From: a bacterium
GTDB lineage: Bacteria; Zhuqueibacterota; Zhuqueibacteria; Zhuqueibacterales; Zhuqueibacteraceae
Length of the DNA stretch: 17,895 nucleotides
NCBI GenBank assembly: GCA_044869275.1
Contig: JBIOXB010000043.1
Coordinates: 1 to 17,895, forward strand
Reading direction: 5' to 3'
The translations under genes and the position numbers were made by a program. The notes beneath the pieces were generated by a model. It was not told where the DNA came from. It saw nothing but the letters and a program-made list of their open reading frames with translations, and did not search any database. The stretch's first letter is position 1; every line of letters starts with the position of its first letter. Positions 1-7,812 of this stretch are shown here, piece after piece.

Positions 1-705
1 CAACATTTGCGCGGCCGCGGCAAACGTGGGATCCATGTCTTCCCACTTGAAATAGCCCAAATACCCTCCGTTGCTCGCGAGGCGATAGTCCTTGAAAACC
101 GTGGGTGCCAGTTCTTCAAACGTGGCACCCGCCTGCAATTGCGCGTATAAGGCATTCGCTTCAGCAAGCGTGGGTGCATACAGATGGCGCGCCGCAGCCT
201 GCTCACACGCCAGAAGGAAAGCCTGTTTGACTTCGTTTTCTTGCACTTCCACCCGCTCCTCAACAAGAGCATCACGATAGGCTTCGAGCACGGCGTCAAG
301 TCGCGCCGCTTCCGAATAGCGCTTGAAATCCTCCTGCTCACGCAAGCCGCGGTGCTCCGCAGCCAGCAGCAATAACTGCTCGTCCATCATCGTCCGCAAC
401 ACCGCTTCGCGCATTTGTGCATTGTCGCGCGGCGCACGCATCAGCATCTCCTGCAAACGGCGCTCGAACCCGGCCTGTGTAATCTGCCGCGGCCCCACGC
501 GCGCCAGTACCGGTCCGGCGTTATCTTTGCTGCCACAAGAAATGAGAAAGAACAATGCACTAGCTAAGATGAAGCGTCGAATGTGGAAAAAGAAAAGAGT
601 ACTCGTATCTTTCGAAATACAATCTTCGATCTTCGCTCTTCGATCCTCGATCCGCTCTAATTTTTCTACTATCCCGGCCCGCTTTCCAAATCGTCTCCCG
701 TTCAT
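1..705 (-). CDS. PpiC/parvulin-type peptidylprolyl isomerase lipoprotein (SurA/PrsA-like foldase), 3' end outside window
   Basis: Not in the ORF track; translated by hand. The frame is open from ATG 705 (ATGA overlap with the upstream stop) to base 1. It reads ...RRFILASALFFLISC (lipobox) GSKDNAGPVLARVGPRQIT... and later ARHLYAPTLAEANALYAQLQAGATFEELA...NGGYLGYFKWEDMDPTF, which are parvulin motifs. Confidence 0.85.
   Translation of the reverse strand, partial: MNGRRFGKRAGIVEKLERIEDRRAKIEDCISKDTSTLFFFHIRRFILASALFFLISCGSKDNAGPVLARVGPRQITQAGFERRLQEMLMRAPRDNAQMREAVLRTMMDEQLLLLAAEHRGLREQEDFKRYSEAARLDAVLEAYRDALVEERVEVQENEVKQAFLLACEQAAARHLYAPTLAEANALYAQLQAGATFEELAPTVFKDYRLASNGGYLGYFKWEDMDPTFAAAAQML
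622..656. repeat. 7-bp-period tandem repeat (ATCTTCG-like x5)
   Basis: atcttcg atcttcg ctcttcg atcctcg atccgct. Confidence 0.7.
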
Positions 706-2798
706 CGCTGCTTCGCTTGCCTCCGCCTCGCCCATTCGCGTTTCAACTGTTCGACTTGCGGACTGCCGGGCAGCAGACGTTCCAGCCGGGGCATGGTCTT
801 CATCGCATGGTCGTCCTGTCCGGCAAGCACATAGGCCGCGGTGAGATGAAAGAGCGTTTGCGCGTCATCGGACGCCAGTCGCAAAGCTTTCTCCAGGTAT
901 GGAATGCTTTGCTCCGGCTGCCGGCGGCGAATCAAAATTGCGCCAACGAGTTGATACGCTGGCAATGTCGGTTCGAGCGCCAGCGAGCGCAGCAGGCGAT
1001 CGAGAGCCCGGTCATCCTCATTCAATTGGGCATACAACTGGCCGGCGCGCACATAGGGAGAAACATTATAAGGCGTCTGCAAGATGAGCGCTTCATACTC
1101 TTTCGCCGCCAGCTTGAGCTCGCCGCGTTTTTCATAATCCTCCGCCAGAAAGACGTGTGCTTTTTCCCACGTGTCTTCACGCTTCCAAGTGGAATAGGCC
1201 AGCTTCTCGAGCAAATTGCGCGGCAAATAATTGAACGTGGCGGTCTGCCCCTTGGGGGCAAACGGCCAGTTGCGCGTGAGCACGGCGATACGAATTCGTG
1301 CCACTTCATCATCGAGCGCAGTCACTCCGCGTTGTTGCCAATAAACCGAATCCGGCTTGCTGCGTGTCTCCTCCCAGGTCGGCGATACAAAACCGTTTTC
1401 TCGCAAAGCACGGCAAAGCTCCCGACCCATGATGAAATACCCTTCCAGGCTGGGATGTACGTGCTCGAGCATGAGATTCTTGCCCACCAGGCCGTGCGGC
1501 GAGGCCCTGGCAAAAGCGGCTTCCATATCCACCAACAACGCGCCACGCTCTCGTGCGACTTCCGCCAAAGCGGTGTTGAAGTCGGCCGTGGCGCGAAAGC
1601 GCAAGCCGTCCAAGTCACGTGCTCGCGCATAGGCGCGGTGCGCCTCGGCATAATTCCCCATGCGCTCTTGGCATTTGCCGATCTGAAAATAGAGCGCCGC
1701 AGGTGAGGGGTCGATTTTTTGCAAGGTATCATAAAGCGCAGACGCCGCTGAGAACTCGCCTTGGGCGGCCAACTGTTCGCCGCGGAAAAGCATGCGCTCA
1801 TATGCGCTGCGGTTAGTGCCAGGGCTGTAAATCGAAACGAACGGTGGCAAATCGCGCACGTTGCTGACGAGATTGGCAAGAATCACGCGCACGCCTTGTG
1901 CCTGCGCCGCCGCCACAAGCTCCTCCATATTGGCTTGATAAAATCGACGCGCACGACGGTAAATCGCTCCTTCATAGGGGAGGTTTTCCTCCGCGACCAT
2001 CTGCTCCATCAGCGTGTTGTTGCCGTTTCCCCCTGGAGGGGCAGCCGCCAGCATCTTCTTCAACGCTTCGAGGCCGTCGCGCAGCAACACCATCAGCTTT
2101 AGTTTCTGTAAACGCAAGTACAGTTGAATAACTGCCCGCCAGCGGCCCAGTGATTCGGTCGAGGCGGCACCGAGCGCACCGTAAAACTCGTTGTGCCCGC
2201 AATAGACAATCAATGCGTCCGGCCGTTGCGCGAGCGCTTCGTCTATCATGTCGAGCAGTGAAAAACTGTTGATGGCCGGCATCGCCAGGTTGACGACTTC
2301 AATCTCACGATCGGGGAAATAATCCAACAGGCGCTGATCCAGCATCTTGGACATGCTGCCGTTGTACATGTAAGGATATCCGGCCGTGGTGGATTCGCCC
2401 AAAACGAAAATGCGATAGGCACGCGCGGACTTACTCGCACGAAATATATCCTTGGAAGTCTCCGGGGTGACCTCGGCGGCGGAGAAGTAACGGCGGCCGA
2501 CATTCTCGTTGATGCGCAAAAATCCCGGCAAAGAATCATCGGCTACGAAGAGCGAGAGATCGCCGGCATAATTAAACATGCGCAAAATCAGTTCGACCGC
2601 GAGCAACAGCAAAATCGGCAGCATCAACACCGCCACCTTGAAAATGCGCTCACGCCGCTGCCGCTGTTGCCGCCGGGTTTCGAGATAAGCCTGAACCAAC
2701 TGCCGATCGAGCCGCAACTTCTTCGCGATGACCGCGTCCGATTCGGATTTCGCGTGAGCTTCAATTTGTTTTTTTTGTTTGGCGCTGAGGATGGCCAT
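702..2798 (-). CDS. Membrane-anchored SGNH/GDSL hydrolase-family protein with tetratricopeptide repeats
   Basis: 698 aa with one TM helix at about aa 52-73. SGNH block I is VLGESTT, block III YCGHNE and block V LEHVHP. TPR-like helices lie between blocks III and V and at the C-terminus. Confidence 0.85.
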   Translation of the reverse strand: MAILSAKQKKQIEAHAKSESDAVIAKKLRLDRQLVQAYLETRRQQRQRRERIFKVAVLMLPILLLLAVELILRMFNYAGDLSLFVADDSLPGFLRINENVGRRYFSAAEVTPETSKDIFRASKSARAYRIFVLGESTTAGYPYMYNGSMSKMLDQRLLDYFPDREIEVVNLAMPAINSFSLLDMIDEALAQRPDALIVYCGHNEFYGALGAASTESLGRWRAVIQLYLRLQKLKLMVLLRDGLEALKKMLAAAPPGGNGNNTLMEQMVAEENLPYEGAIYRRARRFYQANMEELVAAAQAQGVRVILANLVSNVRDLPPFVSIYSPGTNRSAYERMLFRGEQLAAQGEFSAASALYDTLQKIDPSPAALYFQIGKCQERMGNYAEAHRAYARARDLDGLRFRATADFNTALAEVARERGALLVDMEAAFARASPHGLVGKNLMLEHVHPSLEGYFIMGRELCRALRENGFVSPTWEETRSKPDSVYWQQRGVTALDDEVARIRIAVLTRNWPFAPKGQTATFNYLPRNLLEKLAYSTWKREDTWEKAHVFLAEDYEKRGELKLAAKEYEALILQTPYNVSPYVRAGQLYAQLNEDDRALDRLLRSLALEPTLPAYQLVGAILIRRRQPEQSIPYLEKALRLASDDAQTLFHLTAAYVLAGQDDHAMKTMPRLERLLPGSPQVEQLKREWARRRQAKQR

Positions 2799-2811
2799 AC
2801 ACTTCCGCCGT

Positions 2812-3233
2812 TACGATCAATTCGCTTCTTTCACGGCCCTGATGATGCCAATCGCTTGAATATCGCAATGTGGCGGTAACCCAGGCGAATCAGATGACGG
2901 GTGGCGGCATAAGCGCCTTCCTGATTGTTCACAGTAATGGAATCGAACTGGTCGTGATAAGCATCGACCAGGACCAAAGGCAGGCGGCGGCGTTTGAATT
3001 CGACAGCAAAGCTTTCTGAAAGTTGCATGGAGACCAGGAGAACGCCATCGACGCGGCGCTGCTGCATAGCGCGTTTCAGGCTGGCATCCTTTTTTAGGAG
3101 ATCATCAACGCCATAGAGAATCAGATCAAATTTATGCTGCGCGCGCGCGCTGAATGCCGCGCAGCAACTCGACGTAAAAGTAGCCGGTAAAAAAAGGCAT
3201 GATCACGCCGATCGTATGGGTAGCGACCTTCAT
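2812..3233 (-). pseudogene. Degraded LacI-family transcriptional regulator
   Basis: Recognisable LacI segments occur in different frames: MKVAT|HTIGVIMPFFTGYFYVELLRGIQ, then QHKFDLILYG...RVDGVLL...LPLVLVD...FDSITVNNQEGAYAATRHLIRLGYRHIA, then DIQAIGIIRAVKEAN. There is no HTH, and a frameshift falls in (GC)6 at 3139-3150. Confidence 0.85.
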
Positions 3234-3546
3234 GCCTTCCAGTTTTTGAAGCACCCACGAACAAAAAACAATCGAAGATTTCGGATGGGAGGAATCTGCC
3301 GTTCCTGGGAAGAATACTTTGCCCTCTGACCGCTCGCACGCCGCGCCGGGCGGGTATTCACCAGAGAAAATCCTTGCTTGTTGCTGCAACTCTTACGGCC
3401 AAAGCTGCGGTTTTATATTTGTATGAAAAATCGAGGGTTTTAACGACAAGAAGGTGAGACTTTCCTAGAAGTTTTTCCTTGCGGCCCTGGCCAGCCAACC
3501 GTCCTCCTCATAAGCCCGGGCAAATCGCGCACTTCAACGTCCGGCA

Positions 3547-3560
3547 TGGAAGCCCTTCCA
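3547..3560. promoter_or_regulatory. Putative LacI-family operator
   Basis: TGGAAGCCCTTCCA is a 14-bp palindrome one base from the LacI-type TGGAAGCGCTTCCA. It lies just downstream of the predicted transcription start and upstream of the LacI remnant. Confidence 0.6.
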
Positions 3561-3570
3561 AAACGCTGCA

Positions 3571-3599
3571 ATAATAAGAAATGAAAGAGGCTTTGTCAA
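3571..3599 (-). promoter_or_regulatory. Sigma70-type promoter
   Basis: Minus strand reads TTGACA (3599-3594), a 17-bp spacer, then TATTAT (3576-3571). Confidence 0.75.
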
Positions 3600-3607
3600 G
3601 CAGTTTT

Positions 3608-4240
3608 TTAAGGAAGTTTCCATGCGCAGGAGTCCGCCAAATAGAATTTGCGCAAAGTGTGCAGATCGTCTATATCATACCACTCCGGCAAAAGAAAAAC
3701 GGATAGGCCGGCACGCCCAGCAGCAGCCAGCGTCTGCTCCAAAACGAGCGCCGTGCTCCAGGCAATGTCTTCAAAAAGAACATGCGGTGCTGATTTCAAC
3801 CCAATCAAATAATAGCCACCGTCCTCTGCCGGGCCAAGCACGAGATCATGATCGACCAGAGCTGCTGCGGCTTTTTCCAAATACTCCAATGGCAGCGAAG
3901 GACTGTCGCTGCCAATGGTCAGCACGCCACGATGGCCGTGCGCCAAAACCGCTTGCACCGCATGATGAATTCTTTCTCCCAGATCCGGCAAGGCGGCTTG
4001 TGGAAACCAACACGCGTCGTCGTCGAACATCTCGCGAAAATCATTTAGTCTTTCCACCGGACTAAATGCCACATAGCGTGCAACGTGCGGCACAAGCCTG
4101 GCTTTGGCCAGCGTAAGCTCGATGAAATAGCGATACAGATCACAAGCGGGCTCCGCGCCGATGGCGGCGGCCAGGCGCGTTTTCACTTTTCCCGGTTCGG
4201 GATATTTGACGAACGTCAACAAGGCGAAATCAGTGGGCAT
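3608..4240 (-). CDS. TIGR04282/DUF2064 family glycosyltransferase-like (nucleotidyltransferase-fold) protein
   Basis: Motifs FVKYPEPGKVKTRLA, DLGERI, IGSDSPSL, VLGPAEDGGYYLIG and WYDIDD. ATG 4240, overlapping the upstream gene end, is preferred over 4279. Confidence 0.88.
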   Translation of the reverse strand: MPTDFALLTFVKYPEPGKVKTRLAAAIGAEPACDLYRYFIELTLAKARLVPHVARYVAFSPVERLNDFREMFDDDACWFPQAALPDLGERIHHAVQAVLAHGHRGVLTIGSDSPSLPLEYLEKAAAALVDHDLVLGPAEDGGYYLIGLKSAPHVLFEDIAWSTALVLEQTLAAAGRAGLSVFLLPEWYDIDDLHTLRKFYLADSCAWKLP

Positions 4241-5156
4241 GCGCGAGCTGGGAGGAGGAAACGTGAGCGGCGGGAGCAATCACCTTCAAAGCGCGGGGCA
4301 AGAGAGAGATTTTCAACCGGTTCAGGCACGTCACCGGCTCACCATCAACATGAAACAGAATCGTTCCCGGCTTTTCGATGGCAAGCTCCTGGATGCGGCG
4401 ATAACTGATAATCGGCGTCCGGTCAATCGTGCCATTGAAAAGTTTGGGAACATATTTGACGGCCTGCAACAACGAAAGCGATTCCACAATGCACAAATCC
4501 AGAAGGCCGTCGTCGGGGCTTGCCAACGGCGCGATGATCGCGCCATTGCCATATTGTTTCGTGTTGGCAATGGTAATCACAAAAGGTTCCAATGCCAGCG
4601 ATTCTGCCGCGAGTCTGATTTCCACGTGCTCGGGTGCATAGGCAAAAAACTCGCGTGCGGCCAGGAAGAAATAAGGAAATGGACCGCGCCATGGCGCCGC
4701 GCTGAACTGTTTGCCCACCGCCGCATCAAACCCGACTCCGGTAACGGCGAAAAAATGGCGATGCCCGGCGCAGCCGGCATCGATTAGTCTTTCCGTGCCG
4801 GTGAGAATGACTTCCAACGCAGCACGGGGGCGCATGGGAATGCCCAGCGCTCGCGCCAGGCCATTGCCCGAGCCGCGCGGAATGACGCCCAGCGCCGTGT
4901 TGGTATGCACGAGTCCTGACGCAACTTCGTTGACGGTCCCGTCCCCTCCCACCGCGACGGCGACATCAAAGCCCTGCGCCGCGGCCTCCTGCGCCAGGCG
5001 TGTGCCGTCGCCCGGTTGCGCGGTGAGGGCGAGGTCAAAATCAACCGTGCGGCAATGGCGATGAATGGACGCAATAATACCGCTTTTGTCCCGGCGAAAG
5101 CCCGCAACGGGATTGATGATGAATCTCACGCGTTTGGCTGCCATCGTCACCGTCAT
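4230..5156 (-). CDS. Diacylglycerol kinase family lipid kinase (YegS/DagK/BmrU)
   Basis: Motifs IINPVAG, GGDGTVNEV, IPRGSGNGLARALG, GVGFDA, NTKQYG, DDGLLD and HVDGE. TAATG overlap with the dsbD stop. Confidence 0.93.
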   Translation of the reverse strand: MTVTMAAKRVRFIINPVAGFRRDKSGIIASIHRHCRTVDFDLALTAQPGDGTRLAQEAAAQGFDVAVAVGGDGTVNEVASGLVHTNTALGVIPRGSGNGLARALGIPMRPRAALEVILTGTERLIDAGCAGHRHFFAVTGVGFDAAVGKQFSAAPWRGPFPYFFLAAREFFAYAPEHVEIRLAAESLALEPFVITIANTKQYGNGAIIAPLASPDDGLLDLCIVESLSLLQAVKYVPKLFNGTIDRTPIISYRRIQELAIEKPGTILFHVDGEPVTCLNRLKISLLPRALKVIAPAAHVSSSQLAHAH

Positions 5157-7114
5157 TAGTTTGAAGACAGACCCACGTTCAAAGTCGCTTCCATCCTTTT
5201 CCCGAAATCTTTGCCTTCCACGAAACCGATCACGCGCTGCGGCGTGACTTCATTACCAGCGGCATCGATAAAAAGGACGGTGGGTAAACCCTTGATTTGA
5301 AATTGGCGGAGAATTCTCTGCACCGAGGCGGAGCCATATTGCGTCAAGTCCGCGCGCAAGAACACGAAGCTCGCGGCCCGGGCCACAACTTCCGGATGCG
5401 AGAACGTGTGTATCTCAAGCTCCTTGCAGGCGAGACACCATTCCGCAGTAAAATCGATGATCACCGGTTTGCCGGCGCGCTGCGCTTCGGCCAGGGCGGC
5501 TTCATCATAGGGCAGCCACATGGCGGCGTGCGCTTCTTTTTCCGGCCAAACGAGCCACAGTGCTGCGCCGGCAAATCCCACGGTAACCGCGCGTTTCACC
5601 CATAACAACGCCTTGGAATTGAATTGCGATGATTCCATGAAGCCGAGATAAAGAGCGCCGCCGATCAAAAGCACAGGCAGTAAATAAGTTTTGAGCAGAT
5701 TCGGCAAGAGGGGCTGCACGAAATAAGCCGCCATGGCCAGCAAGATCACACCGAATACTTTTTTGATCCACACCATCCACATGCCCGAGCGCGGCAAGTT
5801 GCGCAGCAAACCGGAAAATGTCCCCAACAAGAGATACGGCACGCCCAAACCCAACGCGAGCACGAAGAACATCCAAAAGCCCAGCATCGGCTTGCCGGTA
5901 GCCGCGACGTAGGTCAGTAGTCCCAGCACAAAAGGTCCCAGGCAGGGCGCGGCAATGATGCCGACCGTCAAGCCCATGAACAACGCGCCGACATAACCAG
6001 GGCGGGAGCCGCCAAATCTGCGCGTGAGCGCGAGCGGTGGCTGTATTTCATAAAGCCCAAACATCGACAACGCCAGCGCGACCATCACCAACGCAATGAA
6101 AATGAGCACCAGGGGGCTCTGCAAAGCAGCGCCGAATAACGCACCACTGGAGGCCGCCGCGAGGCCAAGCAGCGAATAGGTGATGCCCATGCCCAGGACA
6201 TAGAAAATCGCCAGACCGAAAACACGAGCCGTATTTCCTCCCGTCTGGCCGCCGAAATAGCTGACGGTGATGGGAATCAAGGGATAAACGCATGGCGTCA
6301 AATTCAACGCCAAGCCGCCAATAAAAATGAACAACAATGCCATCGCGAAACCATGCTGGTCAACCAGCTTCGCGATTTCATTCTTATTCTCCGGCGCGCT
6401 GGGCACGGTCAAGCGCGCACCATAAGAGATTTTTTCAAACCATTCCGGATGCAGGAGATTGGCGGGCTGGTCCAGGCCGGCCATGGGAATATTGCCGCTG
6501 AAGCGTGCCTGCGCCGGCGGCAGGCAGGACATGTCGTTACAGGCTTGATACGTGATCGCGCCGGCAAGAGTGAGCCGCTCCCCGGAAAAATTATCCGCCA
6601 CTCTCAGCTGCAGCCCGATCACCGCTTGCTCTTCATAAACCGCCAGCGGCGTTTCCGAAAACGCAAACGTGCGCGTCACGGCTGGTGGATAAATGATTTT
6701 CTCAATGGTTACGCCGGCAACGGAATCCAAAGCAATGGCAGTGGGAATCAAGTATTCTTCGGAAGGCTCATGGGCATTCACGTGCCACCCAGCGCTGATA
6801 TGCCCCACTACTGCCACACGCACGATACTGCCGCGGTAGGCACGATCGAATGAAAAGAAGACCTCCGGCTTGACGATCTCTGCCGGAATGCCGGGCCGGG
6901 ACAAATCCACTGTCTGCGCAGCGGTGATTGCCGCAAACGCCAGCAAGCCCGACAGCAGGACCGTGAATGGCAAGCCCTGCTTCGCAAAAGCACGGTCATG
7001 CCGCTGCCTCTTGCGGGCACCTGTCATTCTGCAAGCATGCCCAATTCGGAACGAACGAATTGCGGCAATGCGAAACGCAGCAAGAATTTTGTCGTAGCTC
7101 AAAGCCATGAGCAT
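5156..7114 (-). CDS. dsbD: Thiol:disulfide interchange protein DsbD (full three-domain)
   Basis: Signal peptide, N-domain YQACNDMSCLPP, membrane domain LTPCVYP and AAPCLGP, thioredoxin domain DFTAEWCLACK. The start is uncertain (7114, 7108 with a GAGGA RBS, or 7027). Confidence 0.92.
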   Translation of the reverse strand: MLMALSYDKILAAFRIAAIRSFRIGHACRMTGARKRQRHDRAFAKQGLPFTVLLSGLLAFAAITAAQTVDLSRPGIPAEIVKPEVFFSFDRAYRGSIVRVAVVGHISAGWHVNAHEPSEEYLIPTAIALDSVAGVTIEKIIYPPAVTRTFAFSETPLAVYEEQAVIGLQLRVADNFSGERLTLAGAITYQACNDMSCLPPAQARFSGNIPMAGLDQPANLLHPEWFEKISYGARLTVPSAPENKNEIAKLVDQHGFAMALLFIFIGGLALNLTPCVYPLIPITVSYFGGQTGGNTARVFGLAIFYVLGMGITYSLLGLAAASSGALFGAALQSPLVLIFIALVMVALALSMFGLYEIQPPLALTRRFGGSRPGYVGALFMGLTVGIIAAPCLGPFVLGLLTYVAATGKPMLGFWMFFVLALGLGVPYLLLGTFSGLLRNLPRSGMWMVWIKKVFGVILLAMAAYFVQPLLPNLLKTYLLPVLLIGGALYLGFMESSQFNSKALLWVKRAVTVGFAGAALWLVWPEKEAHAAMWLPYDEAALAEAQRAGKPVIIDFTAEWCLACKELEIHTFSHPEVVARAASFVFLRADLTQYGSASVQRILRQFQIKGLPTVLFIDAAGNEVTPQRVIGFVEGKDFGKRMEATLNVGLSSN

Positions 7115-7122
7115 TCCTCAAT

Positions 7123-7779
7123 TCAATTCTGCGAGATTTGAAAGTCCGTCACTTGAATGTAACCGGCACGCGGAAACGCATAGCCCCTGGCCTGCACGCG
7201 CTGGGAGGCCACGCCGGTTTTTTGCAAAAGCTCCTGGCCCGTGGGCGAGAGCACGATGGTCCAGATTTTTCCATCCTGCGCTTGAATCACCAAATGATGC
7301 AAGGGCGTATGCGGAACGAGAGTGCGTGTTTTTTCCATCAATGCGCAATCCGCGCAAATAATTCTCCCCACAATCACTGCCTCTGCATGAAAGGAAATTG
7401 GATCGATAAAGCTGCCCCCAAGCCGCCCGCTCAGTACTGTGGCTGCAATCACCACGGCGATGGCGCCGGCCGCAGCCGCCGCAGCCTGGGCGGGATATAA
7501 CACGAAAATCTTTTTGAGCGCCACACCAAAACTCATGTCGCTCGCGAGGCTGCGGCGCAGGCGCGCGCGCAAATGAAAGGGCGCAGGGATACGCTGCGCT
7601 CGCAGCTGCAGCGCTTCCTTGACTTGTTGTTGCACGGCAATAACTTCAGTGCACGCGGAACACTGTCCGAGATGCGCGGCGATTTGATCGCGATCGGCAG
7701 CGGCCATTTCGCGATCGACGTAAGCCGCCATCTTTTCCTGCACCTGTTCACAAGTTGCAGACATCACTCCGCTCTCCAT
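7123..7779 (-). CDS. Zinc-binding (zf-HC2/ZAS) transmembrane anti-sigma factor
   Basis: N-terminal CEQVQEKMAAYVDREM...HLGQCSAC (HxxxCxxC), an Ala/Val-rich TM helix, and a C-terminal domain with CADC and several His. Confidence 0.82.
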   Translation of the reverse strand: MESGVMSATCEQVQEKMAAYVDREMAAADRDQIAAHLGQCSACTEVIAVQQQVKEALQLRAQRIPAPFHLRARLRRSLASDMSFGVALKKIFVLYPAQAAAAAAGAIAVVIAATVLSGRLGGSFIDPISFHAEAVIVGRIICADCALMEKTRTLVPHTPLHHLVIQAQDGKIWTIVLSPTGQELLQKTGVASQRVQARGYAFPRAGYIQVTDFQISQN

Positions 7780-7812
7780 ACGTGATCTTTTATGAGCTGA
7801 TACTGATCAAAA

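Noticed and set aside
717..1706. 329-aa plus-strand ORF, and other long plus-strand ORFs such as 323-844, 12298-12999, 15279-16169 and 16849-17817
   Set aside because: They are antisense shadows of well-supported minus-strand genes in GC-rich DNA and show no recognisable motifs.
3139..3150. (GC)6 tract as a phase-variation switch for lacI
   Set aside because: Restoring the frame would still give a protein with no HTH and large deletions, so switching would have no evident function.
3270..3291. ATCGAAG-like units as an inverted partner of the 622-656 heptamer tract
   Set aside because: Only one good unit matches, which is too weak to claim a bracketed element.
3132..3389. 85-aa ORF as an independent gene
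   Set aside because: Only its last 33 codons are LacI-like. The upstream part is read-through of leader sequence from a TTG.
3380..3430. tmRNA-like tag reading (…ACCGCAGCTTTGGCCGTAA)
   Set aside because: No tRNA-like 5' GGGG or 3' TCCACCA ends are present, and the ALA codons are not in frame with the stop.
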